Shown piece after piece: positions 8,130 to 17,132 of a stretch of DNA of 64,000 nt. This DNA comes from an uncultured bacterium. Lineage in GTDB: Bacteria > Eisenbacteria > RBG-16-71-46 > CAIMUX01. Position 1 is the stretch's first letter. Every line of letters begins with the position of its first letter. The position numbers were made by a program, and so were the translations under genes. The notes under the pieces are model-generated. The model was not told the DNA's origin. It worked only from the letters and a program-made list of their open reading frames with translations, and did not search any database. The stretch lies in NCBI GenBank assembly GCA_964631125.1, contig CAZVYN010000008.1, positions 3,746-67,745 on the forward strand, in the 5' to 3' direction.

Positions 8130-11100
8130 TCAGCGTAGTTGGTCCAGCGCGACTTCGACCGATCGCTCCAACTGTCGATCGATCCCACGCGCGAGTTCAT
8201 CCGGTCGATTCACCACGACGATGTCGGGTTCGCACCCGGTCCCTTCCAACGGAATGTCGTCTTTGCGCGAGTACCAACCGCGAAGCGGCAACCGGAGCGA
8301 GGATCCATCGGCAAGCGTTGTGCCGCCCGTGGAGATGACGCCCCCGTAGGTGCGCTGCCCGACGACCGGTCCGCGTCCGATCACCTGCACCGCCCAGGCG
8401 AAGATCTCGCCGTTGGAGAAAGTGTTCTCGTCGCACAACACGACGATCGGCTTCGTCCAGGCATAGATCAAACGCCGATCCTGTGGGTAGCCGCGGGCGC
8501 CGTTGCGCTCGACGGTCGTGGCGTGCGAAGGCGCCATCAGACTGGTGAGTAGATAGTCCGTGATCCATCCGCCGGAATTGTCGCGAACATCGATCACGAG
8601 CGCGTCGCGTCCGCGCGCCCGCCTGTAGAGGTCGCGCTCGTAGGTCTCGAGATTGCCGACCCCCATGGCCGTCAGATGGCAATAGCCGACGCGCCCCTCA
8701 CTGCGCGCATGGACCAGCTCCTCGCGGGCCTCGATCTCCTCCTCGTAGAGCCGCGCGCTGAAGTCGGAGTTCTTGGCTGGACGGATCGTGACCTCGCGGC
8801 GCTTCCCGTCGGCGCCGAGGACGGTGAGTCGCACCTTCTGGTCGACGGTGCGATCGAGCAGTCGAGCCAGACCGTCGGCGCCTTCGATCGCGGCGCCATT
8901 GATCTGGAGGACGACATCGCCCGGGTGGAGTCGGCTCTCCTCGCGATCGGCAGGAGTTCGGCGAACGACACGCGCCACGCGGAGTCCGGGACCTTCGAAA
9001 CCGGCGTCGAAGAGAGACCCCAGCTCGCCGGTCTCGGCGACCAGTGTCGGCATGACGTACTCGCTCGTTCCGCCGCTGAAGTTCTGGTGCGACGAGTTCA
9101 GCTCTCCGATCATCATGCGCACGACATCCTGGAAGTCGCGGTGCGTCGAGGCGGCCAGCGCCCAGGGGCGATAGTGTTCGCGCATGCGTGGCCAGTCGAC
9201 GCCGTGCATCTTCTCGTCGTAGAAGCGGGCGCCGAGTTCACGCCACGCCTCATCGAAGACGTAGCCGCGGCGGGCGACGCGATCGAGCGTCATCTCCGAC
9301 TCGAACGGGTAGCTGGTCACCTCGCCGCCGTCGGTCCCGACCGAGGCGATCGAACCACCCGACTCGAGGAAGAACAACTTCTTCTGCTTCGCGTCCCAGC
9401 GGACCTGCGACGGCTCGACCCCCGCCTTGGTCAACCGCTCCAGCTCGGTTCCGTCCCACTTCACCTTCCAGAGGTCGCGTTTCCCGTCGGTGTCGCCGGT
9501 GAAGAAGAACTCCGCGCTGTCCTTGCCGATGAGCACGTCGCGCTCCTGGCCCGGCAGGCTCGTCAACTTGCGCACGCGAAGGGGCAAATCGTCGAAGTCG
9601 ATCTTGACTTCGACGACGGCGGAGTCAGCCTTGCCGCCATTGTCCTCACCTTTGTCCTTCTCGTCCTTGGCCGAGCCCGACTTCTTCCTCGGCTTCTCCT
9701 CCTCGTCGCTCAGGTCGCGTTTGCTCATCGCATCGAGACGGTCGATGCGCGAGAGCTCTTCGTCTTCACGCTGCAGTCGGACGTACCAGAGGTCGACTTC
9801 ATTGCGCACCTGTCGCTCGGAGACGAAGGCGATCAACTTGCCGTCGGACGACCAGGTGGGCGCCGTGTCGTTTCCTGGGCGTTGGGTCACATTGAACGGC
9901 TCGCGCGAGCCGTCGACCGGCTCGATCCAGATCTCGCTGTTCGAGTCCTCGTCGGACTGTGAGTAGACGATCCATTTCCCGTCGGGCGACCAGTCGTAGG
10001 CGAGGTCGGTCCATCCATCGACGAGTACGCGCTCGTTCGTCGTCTTGCCGTCCTCGAGCTTGACCAGAACGAGCGCGCCGATTCCCCGTTGGAACAGGAG
10101 GCGCCTCCCGTCAGGAGAGAGCAGCGGGCGGCTCTCCTCGGCGGGAGTTCGCGTCAGCGGGGTGATCTCGACCGAGAGCGTTCGGGCGAGGCGCGGCTCC
10201 TTCTCGTCGGTGGAGCGGAGCAGATAGAGGTCGCGGTTGCCGTCGCGGTCGGAGACGTAGATGAGCCCCTTCGAATCGTCCAGCCAGACCGGCGACTGGT
10301 CCCGCGCGGCCGACGAGGTGAGACGGGTCGCGTAGGTCTCGTCCTTCTCGGATTTCATCGCGAAGAGCTCGCCTTCATGCACGAAGGCCAGTTGTTCGCC
10401 ATCTTCCGAGACGGCGAACTCCGTCGCGTTCCCTTTCACCGCCACACGCACGACCGAAGCAGCGTTGGAGTCACGAGGCAACGTGATGACCAACTTCTGC
10501 GGAGCCTCCGCTTTCTGGCCGCTCCGCAATTCTTCCCCCGTCGGCGCCGCCACGACGTACAGATCCGACTCGTACTCGAACGTCGCGACCGCTCCGTTCG
10601 CGCTCAATCGCGGATGCCGCAACCGTCCGTCCGTGAACCGCGTGATCAACCAGCGCGATCCATCTGCGATCGACAGGACGCACAGATTCGAGGCGCCGTT
10701 CTTCTCGCGCAGATAGAGCAGGTGACGTCCGTCCGGCAGCCATTGCGGGACCCCGGTCATCTGCGGGTCAGGAACAAGCGATCCGGGCGCGGTGAAGTCG
10801 CTCAGGTTCGTCACGCGCCCGTCTGCCCGCAGCGCGCACTGCGCATGCAGCCCGGGGCCGGTGGCGACCGCATCGTCCCCCTCGACGTCCGGCGCATCAC
10901 GCGGCGTCCCCTCGGCGCCCGCGCGCCACCAATCACCCGTCAACGGCGTCGTCGGCTCATGGAGCCAGAGTCGATGGCGACCGTTCCCACTATAGTTGCG
11001 CCACCACCAGAAGACGCCTCCGCGGATGTACGCGAGCTTCGATCCATCGGGCGAGAGCACCGCCGATCTCGCGCCGGTCGGAAGAATCGGCCAGGCCGCT

Positions 11101-11588
11101 CCGCCTTCGAGCGGTGCGACCCACGCGCCGGGGGTGTTGCCATCCCGGACATGTCGTGTGCTCTGGAAGAGCACGGCTCGACTGTCGCTCGTCCAACCGG
11201 TGGGGACATCGGCGCCGCTGTGCCAGGTAAGGCGCTGGATATCGCCGGCCTCGACCGGGATCGCATAGACATCGTCGTTGCCGTCGCGGTCTGATGCGAA
11301 GGCGATCCACTTTCCATCGGGCGACCAGATCGGATGCGCGTCGTACGCGGCGTGCGCGGTGAGCCGTCGCGCTTCGCCACCCTGACGCGCGACGGTCCAG
11401 AGGTCGCCCTGGTACGAGAAGGCGATGGAGCGGCCGTCCGGACTCGGGGCCGGATGTCGGGCCAAGAGGATCGGATCGGCGGCGAGCGCGGGCGCAGTCG
11501 CGGGCGCGATCGTCGGCCCGACGGTCGTCACGAAAAGCAAAGCGCCGATCAGGACGATCGCGACACGATTCAACTTTCCAACGACCAT
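8130..11588 (-). CDS. tricorn protease homolog (S41 peptidase with beta-propeller and PDZ domains)
   Basis: PD40-type propeller repeats (SPDGRSIAFSYQGDLWTV, SPDGKWIAFASDRDGNDD). PDZ domain. C-terminal S41 domain (YAWTKPIVVLCDENTFSNGEIFAWAVQ...GQRTYGG). About 1150 aa. Signal peptide after MVVGKLNRVAIV. Confidence 0.85.
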   Translation of the reverse strand: MVVGKLNRVAIVLIGALLFVTTVGPTIAPATAPALAADPILLARHPAPSPDGRSIAFSYQGDLWTVARQGGEARRLTAHAAYDAHPIWSPDGKWIAFASDRDGNDDVYAIPVEAGDIQRLTWHSGADVPTGWTSDSRAVLFQSTRHVRDGNTPGAWVAPLEGGAAWPILPTGARSAVLSPDGSKLAYIRGGVFWWWRNYSGNGRHRLWLHEPTTPLTGDWWRAGAEGTPRDAPDVEGDDAVATGPGLHAQCALRADGRVTNLSDFTAPGSLVPDPQMTGVPQWLPDGRHLLYLREKNGASNLCVLSIADGSRWLITRFTDGRLRHPRLSANGAVATFEYESDLYVVAAPTGEELRSGQKAEAPQKLVITLPRDSNAASVVRVAVKGNATEFAVSEDGEQLAFVHEGELFAMKSEKDETYATRLTSSAARDQSPVWLDDSKGLIYVSDRDGNRDLYLLRSTDEKEPRLARTLSVEITPLTRTPAEESRPLLSPDGRRLLFQRGIGALVLVKLEDGKTTNERVLVDGWTDLAYDWSPDGKWIVYSQSDEDSNSEIWIEPVDGSREPFNVTQRPGNDTAPTWSSDGKLIAFVSERQVRNEVDLWYVRLQREDEELSRIDRLDAMSKRDLSDEEEKPRKKSGSAKDEKDKGEDNGGKADSAVVEVKIDFDDLPLRVRKLTSLPGQERDVLIGKDSAEFFFTGDTDGKRDLWKVKWDGTELERLTKAGVEPSQVRWDAKQKKLFFLESGGSIASVGTDGGEVTSYPFESEMTLDRVARRGYVFDEAWRELGARFYDEKMHGVDWPRMREHYRPWALAASTHRDFQDVVRMMIGELNSSHQNFSGGTSEYVMPTLVAETGELGSLFDAGFEGPGLRVARVVRRTPADREESRLHPGDVVLQINGAAIEGADGLARLLDRTVDQKVRLTVLGADGKRREVTIRPAKNSDFSARLYEEEIEAREELVHARSEGRVGYCHLTAMGVGNLETYERDLYRRARGRDALVIDVRDNSGGWITDYLLTSLMAPSHATTVERNGARGYPQDRRLIYAWTKPIVVLCDENTFSNGEIFAWAVQVIGRGPVVGQRTYGGVISTGGTTLADGSSLRLPLRGWYSRKDDIPLEGTGCEPDIVVVNRPDELARGIDRQLERSVEVALDQLR

Positions 11589-11690
11589 GCACCCCCCGAG
11601 AAAAAGGTCGTGAAGCAATCCGGCGGGGGCAGGCTACCCGAACCACGCCCGCAGCGGGCACACACTCCGTCGATCTGATAGGGTCGTTCG

Positions 11691-12140
11691 ATGGCTGAAT
11701 TGTTCTGCCTCGACGACCGGGACGACCGGGGGCGGCTCTTCATCTCGGGCGCGTTCCACGATTGGGCGCCCATCCACGCGGCCGGCATCGATGTCGTGAT
11801 CGACCTGGAAGGAGATCTGGACCCCGGCGTTCCCACGACGCCGGGTCGAGTCCTCTATATCTACTTCCCGATCCACGACGGCGACCTTCCGAACCTGGCC
11901 AAGCTCCACGCCGTGGCAGCGCTCTGCGCCTCACTCATCCAGTCCGGCCACTGCGTCCTCTCTCACTGCACGATGGGATTCAACCGCTCGGCGCTGTTAG
12001 CCGGCGTGATCCTGCATGAAATGGGCTGCGACGGACCTCGAGCGATCGACCAGATCCGCCAGCGCCGCGAAGGGGCGCTGTGGAACGACGTGTTCGAGGA
12101 GTACCTGCGCGGATTGCCGGGGAAGGGTCCTGCTGGGTGA
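11691..12140 (+). CDS. dual-specificity protein phosphatase
   Basis: Catalytic loop VLSHCTMGFNRSA fits HCx5R(S/T). 149 aa. Confidence 0.7.
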   Translation: MAELFCLDDRDDRGRLFISGAFHDWAPIHAAGIDVVIDLEGDLDPGVPTTPGRVLYIYFPIHDGDLPNLAKLHAVAALCASLIQSGHCVLSHCTMGFNRSALLAGVILHEMGCDGPRAIDQIRQRREGALWNDVFEEYLRGLPGKGPAG

Positions 12141-12162
12141 CGTCAATGGTTCGATGAACCCC

Positions 12163-12216
12163 CGGCCCGACCGGACCGAGCCACGGGCGCCGGGGTGTTT
12201 GGGCTCGGCCGGTCGG
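12163..12216. terminator. inverted repeat between convergent genes (candidate bidirectional terminator)
   Basis: cccgaccggaccgagcc ... ggctcggccggtcgg forms a 15-bp imperfect inverted repeat with a T-rich loop. It lies between the phosphatase stop (12140) and the FG-GAP gene stop (12231). Confidence 0.4.
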
Positions 12217-12230
12217 ACGCGGAGAACTCG

Positions 12231-13916
12231 TCAGCGCTGCGGCAGGAATTGAGTCGCGGCGGTGCTTTGTTCGGCGACGAGCCCCTCGGTCGAAGGACGT
12301 TCGGCCCACACTCTTGCGAAGTAGACGCCCGAGGCCGCTAGGTGGCCGTCGCCGAGACGTGCGTCCCAGAGAGCAAAGCGAGCGCCTTCGGCGCCGGAGT
12401 TCAAGCGGAGCAGGGCCACACGCGAACCTGCGGCGTTGTAGATCGCGACGCTAGCTTCGGGGATCCTCTCGGCGAGCGCGACATCGCGCAGATCCAGGCG
12501 CACCGCGCCTGTGGACGGATTCGGAAACGCCACTAGCCGTAGGCCGGTTGTGCGCGAGTTGTGCGGATCCTGCGGTCCGTGTGGTCCTTGTGGTCCGTCC
12601 GGTTCGACAGACGTCGCGGTGAGCTGCTCGGTCACCGTCGTCTTCGTACCGACCGGAACGCCGGGGACGATCTGCGTGATGCGCGCGCCGGCCGATCCGG
12701 GCCAAACGATCCTCAAGTCGACCGTCGTCCGACCCGGAAGTCCGAAGTGTCCGCCCATCTGGTTCTGAGGCGCGAAGCCCGACTGTGCGCAGATCTCGCG
12801 GACGCCCAGTCGGTACTCGGGCAGACCGGCGAAGCCCGCCTCGTACACTTCGACTCGCGCGCCGATGCCGTCGCGATTGGAGTAGCCGGCCCCCTGTGCG
12901 TGGAAACGCCCGGCCAGCTCGACCGTGAGGCCGTCGCTGGAGTCGGTGTCGTTGAGGAAGAGGTAGTTGTCGTTGGGGGAGTGTTCGTTGGCGGCGGCGA
13001 CGTCGAGGTCGCCATCGTTGTCGACATCGCCCCAAGAGAGCCCATCGGTGCTGCCGAGCCCGAACTCGGCAACCTCCGTGAACGAGCCGTCGCCGTTGTT
13101 CAGATACAGATAGTTCTGCTCGGCGGACGTGAAGTCGCCGTTCGCGGTTGCGCAGTCGAGGTCGCCGTCGTTGTCGGCGTCCCCCCATGAGATCGCATTC
13201 GTGTCGCGCGCTCCGAACGCGGGCGATGCGGTGAACGAGCCGTCGCCGTTGTTCGTGTACAACGCGCAGCCGTCGGCATTCCAGTTTCCGACCGCCATGT
13301 CCAAGTCGCCGTCGTTGTCACAGTCGGCCCAGGCGAGCGACGCGGTGTCTTTCATGCCGAATTGCGCCTGCTCCGTCCATGTCCCGTTGCCGTTGTTGAT
13401 GTAGAGATAGTTCTGTCGAGTCGCGCCGAGGATTCCGTTGCCGGTGGCCAGGTCGAGATCGCCGTCGCGGTCGTAGTCGGCCCAGGCCGCCGTAACGGTG
13501 CGACGCGCCACGGCGGAGAAGGGCGGCGCCGTCGTGTAGTTTCCGCCGCCGTCGTTGGTATGGAGCGCGTTCAGACCAGCGCCGCGACCCTCGGCCAGGT
13601 CGAGATCGCCGTCGTTGTCGCAATCCCCGAACACCATCGCGAAGCACTGAGAAGCGCCCCCCCATTGCTGGACGATGGTGAAGTCTCCCGCGCCGTCGTT
13701 GACGTAGAGGGACTTCGGCACGCCACCGTCGACCACTGCCGCATCGAGATCGCCGTCGCGGTCGACATCGCCCCACGAGATCGTGAGCGTGTTTCCGACT
13801 CCGAACTCTTGGCGTTGGATGAACCCGGCTTGGGCGACAGCGACGAATGTGGCGGTGCTCGCGACCGTCGCTACGGCCGCGAAGTTCACGGCTGTCGCTA
13901 CGGCCAACGCGAGCAT
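12231..13916 (-). CDS. FG-GAP/VCBS repeat protein with C-terminal T9SS-type sorting domain
   Basis: At least six repeats of the form GDxDxDGDLD / FG...G. C-terminal FPNPSTGAVRLDL...GVYFARV (Por_Secre_tail/FlgD-Ig-like). The true start is the internal ATG at 13916 (signal peptide MLALAVATAVNFAAVATVASTA). Confidence 0.7.
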   Translation of the reverse strand: MLALAVATAVNFAAVATVASTATFVAVAQAGFIQRQEFGVGNTLTISWGDVDRDGDLDAAVVDGGVPKSLYVNDGAGDFTIVQQWGGASQCFAMVFGDCDNDGDLDLAEGRGAGLNALHTNDGGGNYTTAPPFSAVARRTVTAAWADYDRDGDLDLATGNGILGATRQNYLYINNGNGTWTEQAQFGMKDTASLAWADCDNDGDLDMAVGNWNADGCALYTNNGDGSFTASPAFGARDTNAISWGDADNDGDLDCATANGDFTSAEQNYLYLNNGDGSFTEVAEFGLGSTDGLSWGDVDNDGDLDVAAANEHSPNDNYLFLNDTDSSDGLTVELAGRFHAQGAGYSNRDGIGARVEVYEAGFAGLPEYRLGVREICAQSGFAPQNQMGGHFGLPGRTTVDLRIVWPGSAGARITQIVPGVPVGTKTTVTEQLTATSVEPDGPQGPHGPQDPHNSRTTGLRLVAFPNPSTGAVRLDLRDVALAERIPEASVAIYNAAGSRVALLRLNSGAEGARFALWDARLGDGHLAASGVYFARVWAERPSTEGLVAEQSTAATQFLPQR

Positions 13917-14267
13917 CTTCGGCGGCGCCGCCTGCGCCTGCGCCTGCGCTCGCGCCTGTGCTCGCGCCTTCGTCTCGCCCGTCGCCCTCGCCGCGCTGGC
14001 TCGAGCTTCCTGGAATCGTTGCGTCACCCGCTCCTCCTTCGCGCCGCGTCGGCGCGTGTCCGTCCCGTGACTGCGCGAGAGGCCCCGAGTCTCTCGCCGA
14101 CGGGACAATCGACCCGCGGAGACGAACCGCGGCAAAGGAAGGGATGAGCGGACCTCGAGCAGGGACGAAGTGGCGCGTGGCGCGGGCGAACGGCGTGGGC
14201 GTGGGCGCGCGAGTGAAGGATTCGGCGTGAGAACCGGCCGGAGTCGACGTCCGCTCGAAGGCGAAGA

Positions 14268-14320
14268 TTGTGAAAAATGGTGCAACTATTGCCGGCAACA
14301 GTTGCACCATTTTTCACAAG
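14268..14320. terminator. 53-bp AT-rich near-perfect palindrome, copy 1 (probable bidirectional intrinsic terminator)
   Basis: ttgtgAAAAAtGGTGCAACTATTGCCGGCAACAGTTGCACCaTTTTTcacaag. The arms pair 25 of 26 positions. The one mismatch becomes a G-U pair on the minus-strand RNA. A GC-rich stem is flanked by A5 and T5. It lies 99 bp downstream of the DinB_2 gene stop, after a gcgtcccc x3 repeat. It is identical to the copy at 53393..53445. Confidence 0.6.
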
Positions 14321-14376
14321 CGCTGTCTCGGAAAGCGGGCCCGACCGGCGCTCACGAATCGCGCCCGCGCACGTCC

Positions 14377-14400
14377 GCGTCCCCGCGTCCCCGCGTCCCC
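14377..14400. repeat. 8-bp tandem repeat (gcgtcccc) x3
   Basis: Direct repeats lying between the DinB_2 stop and palindrome copy 1. Confidence 0.8.
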
Positions 14401-14418
14401 GCGGCCCTTCCCTTCCGC

Positions 14419-14943
14419 CTACCGCGACAGCACCGGCAAGTACTCCCTCCACGGCCCGACGTCATTCGCGTAGCGCTTCGACATGACGCGGGCGATCTGT
14501 GCGATGTGGCCGAGGTCGTGAGCGACCCAGGTGGCGAGGAGGTTCCGCAACGTCACGGGGCCGAGCGAGGGATGTAGCCCGGGCGACGAGAGCGACTCGG
14601 ACGAGATCGAGGTCGTGTCCAAGGTCTCCAGATTCGCGGCGCGCTGGCGGGCGAACTCATCGAGGAGCTGATCGAGCGACTTCCCCTCGCTCTCGCGAAA
14701 CTGCGCGAACCGATCGAACGGGTCGAATGCGCGCGCGGGGCCGTGTTCGAGCAAGATCCTCAGACGTGAGATCCAGTCGGTGCGTTCGCCGTGGATCAGG
14801 TGGCCGACCACGTCGTACGGACTCCAGGTCTCCGGTCCCTCGTTGTCGTTGATCCACTCGGCCGGGAGCCCGCGCAGCCAACTGTCCAAGACGACCGGTG
14901 TACGCGCGAGCACCGCGCGCGCCGATGCCAGTTCGAAGTTCAT
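14419..14943 (-). CDS. DinB_2 superfamily protein (DinB/YfiT-like metal-dependent four-helix bundle)
   Basis: WSPYDVVGHLIHGE...WVAHDLGHIAQI gives a His triad pattern. Start at MNFELASA. Confidence 0.6.
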   Translation of the reverse strand: MNFELASARAVLARTPVVLDSWLRGLPAEWINDNEGPETWSPYDVVGHLIHGERTDWISRLRILLEHGPARAFDPFDRFAQFRESEGKSLDQLLDEFARQRAANLETLDTTSISSESLSSPGLHPSLGPVTLRNLLATWVAHDLGHIAQIARVMSKRYANDVGPWREYLPVLSR

Positions 14944-15016
14944 GGCGGGACCTCCTTCTGCCCAATGGTGAGCTGCCTGGTAGCCATCATTCGTCATCAT
15001 TCGTCATCATTCGCCA

Positions 15017-15883
15017 TCATTCGCGGGGCGCAGAACCGCCGCGTTCGCGCCCCGCGAGCAGCGCGCGCAACTGCGAGGAATGGGTGCGTCCCGAAGTCAG
15101 CTCCGTGCCATCGAGCAGGACGACGATATACGCGCCGTGGAACCACGGGCGAAGCTCGCGCACCCGATCGAGGTTCACCACGATCGACCGATGGATGCGC
15201 AAGAACCGCGAGGAATCGAGGCGTGCTTCGAGATCCTTGAGCGGTTCGCGGTGCAGGTGCTTCGTCGCGCCAACGTGGAGCGCGACGTAGTTGCCTTCGG
15301 CCTCGATCCAATCGATCTCATCGTCGCGGACGAAGAAGGCGCGATCACCGTCATGCACGACGAGCCGCCGCGACGAAGGGTTCGCAGGAGCGACTGCCGA
15401 AATCGAAGCAAAGTGCTGCAGCGTTCGCATCAAGCGATCGACCGACGCCGTGAGGTCGGTGGCGATTTCCGGCTCCCGCGTCCGCTCCCGCGTCCGCTCC
15501 CGCAGCAGCCGCCGCGCCTCCACCCGCTCCTTCGCTCGCCGCAGCGCGCGTGCAAAGCGGTCGACGTCGAACGGCTTCAGCAAGTAGTCGATCGCCTGGA
15601 GATCGAACGCCTCCACTGCGTGTTGGTCGAACGCGGTGACGAAGACAACGACCGGCGTCTCGGTCGGCGACAGCGCGCGCAGGAGATCGAGGCCGGAGGG
15701 TCCCGGCATCTGGATGTCCAAGAAGACCAGCTCTGGGTGGAGACGACGGATCATCTCGAGCGCCTGTGCGCCGTCGGATGCTTCGCCCACGCACGCGACC
15801 TCTGCGTCGGTCGCGAGCAGCGCACGCAGCCGCGCACGCGCGAGCGGCTCGTCGTCCACCAGTAAGGTGGAGATCGCCGTCAT
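15017..15883 (-). CDS. LytTR family response regulator (REC + LytTR DNA-binding domain)
   Basis: N-terminal REC domain (LLVDDEPLARARLRALL...VFLDIQMP). C-terminal LytTR domain (RLVVHDGDRAFFVRDDEIDWIEAEGNYVALH). Its start overlaps the upstream kinase stop by 4 nt. Confidence 0.85.
   Translation of the reverse strand: MTAISTLLVDDEPLARARLRALLATDAEVACVGEASDGAQALEMIRRLHPELVFLDIQMPGPSGLDLLRALSPTETPVVVFVTAFDQHAVEAFDLQAIDYLLKPFDVDRFARALRRAKERVEARRLLRERTRERTREPEIATDLTASVDRLMRTLQHFASISAVAPANPSSRRLVVHDGDRAFFVRDDEIDWIEAEGNYVALHVGATKHLHREPLKDLEARLDSSRFLRIHRSIVVNLDRVRELRPWFHGAYIVVLLDGTELTSGRTHSSQLRALLAGRERGGSAPRE
15466..15505. repeat. 12-bp tandem repeat x2.6 inside the response regulator gene (encodes RERTRERTRE)
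   Basis: ctcccgcgtccg repeats. Confidence 0.6.
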
Positions 15884-17037
15884 CGCGCATCGACCGCGGC
15901 GCGCACTTCCGCGGCGCGCGCTCCTGCGACCCGCGCTTCCGCGACGTGCATGGGGGACCGTGGGATCCTGACCCTCGCCACCGCGCCCCCTCCCACTCGT
16001 CCTTCCAACTCCACCTTCGCCCGCTCCCCATACAGCGCCATCACGCGCGCCCGGGTGGACGCAAGCCCCAGCCCAGGTCGCGCCGAGTCAGTGACTGGCG
16101 CGCCTGGCTCCGCCCCCGGCCCGTCATCCAGCACCTCCAGGCAGAGACCCGCCGGATCCACGCGTAGACGAACCTCGATCGTTCCACCGGAAGGACGATC
16201 GGCCACGGCGTGACGGATCGAGTTCTCGACGAGCGGTTGCAGCACCATGTGCGGCACACGCCACGGAAGCGACTCAGGCGTGGCGTCGAGTTGGAAGCGC
16301 AGGCGGTCGCCGAACCGCATCTCCTGGATATCGACGTAACGCGCGAGCAGCTCGAGTTCTTCGGCCAGTGTGACCTCCTGGGGAGCGTCGGGGTCCATCG
16401 TCTGGCGGAGTAGGTCGCTCAGTCGGGCGATCATGCGATCGGCGCGCGGAGGATCGGTGTGCACCAACGCCGAGATCGAGTGCAGTGTGTTGAAGAGAAA
16501 GTGCGGCTGCAGGTGCGCGCGCAACGATCGGAGTTGCGCCCGCGCCAGGCTTGTCTCCAGGTGCGCCGCGCGTTGCTCTCTCTCCTGCGCGAGCCGGCCG
16601 TACGCGAATCCTCGGCTGATCGCGAGGATCACCCAATAGAAGAGGACGCCGAAGGCGAGCGCGTTGACGACATGCTGCTGGAAGGTCAGGTGCGACATCG
16701 ACGGCGTCTTGATCCACTGCTCGAACGGCCACTCGATCGCGAGATGGAGGAACGAGGCGGCGAACGAGGCGGGCAGATGCACGGCCAGCGCACGGAGACG
16801 ACGTGGCCCCTCAGGAGGAAAGCGTCTCCCCAGCCAGGCGATGGGAAGCGCCAGCGCCGCCCAGATGAAGTGATAGGTCAGCGTCGAGAGGAGTTCCGGC
16901 ACGACGGGCGCGGGGCGACCGGCGCGACGGAAACTCACGATCCGGTCGATCGCGACGAAGAGCGCCACCGCGAGCCAGACTCCGAGCAAGCTGAGGCGTT
17001 CAGAGGCGCGGGAAGCGCGGGACAACCGTGCTGACAT
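15880..17037 (-). CDS. sensor histidine kinase, LytS/YehU family (His_kinase + HATPase_c)
   Basis: HFLFNTLHSISALVHTDP is the His_kinase phospho-acceptor motif. N-terminal TM helices. C-terminal ATPase domain. Start at the internal ATG 17037 (MSARLSRAS...); the 130 codons upstream of it are a GC-rich artefactual extension. Confidence 0.8.
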   Translation of the reverse strand: MSARLSRASRASERLSLLGVWLAVALFVAIDRIVSFRRAGRPAPVVPELLSTLTYHFIWAALALPIAWLGRRFPPEGPRRLRALAVHLPASFAASFLHLAIEWPFEQWIKTPSMSHLTFQQHVVNALAFGVLFYWVILAISRGFAYGRLAQEREQRAAHLETSLARAQLRSLRAHLQPHFLFNTLHSISALVHTDPPRADRMIARLSDLLRQTMDPDAPQEVTLAEELELLARYVDIQEMRFGDRLRFQLDATPESLPWRVPHMVLQPLVENSIRHAVADRPSGGTIEVRLRVDPAGLCLEVLDDGPGAEPGAPVTDSARPGLGLASTRARVMALYGERAKVELEGRVGGGAVARVRIPRSPMHVAEARVAGARAAEVRAAVDAR

Positions 17038-17132
17038 CGGCTCCACGTTTCGTCGGACGCCGCGCCCGCACGCAGCGTTCCGTAGGTGTCCCCAACCCCG
17101 GCGTGGGTCGGACTGTTTAGAACACTGTCTGC

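Noticed and set aside
14268-14320. Sigma-54 promoter interpretation of the palindrome (TGGTGC-N5-TTGC)
   Set aside because: The GG-N10-GC spacing fits, but the -24 element has two mismatches and the motif is present symmetrically. The terminator and dispersed-repeat interpretation explains the position at gene 3' ends better. The observation is kept only as a note.
13318-14486. ORFs beginning MVQLLPA(I/T)VAPFFT (13318..14310-, 14277..14486+), with matching ones at 52644..53435- and 53402..53623+
   Set aside because: The shared N-terminus is simply the translation of the 53-bp palindrome in both orientations. These are artefacts of the repeat element, not a conserved peptide.
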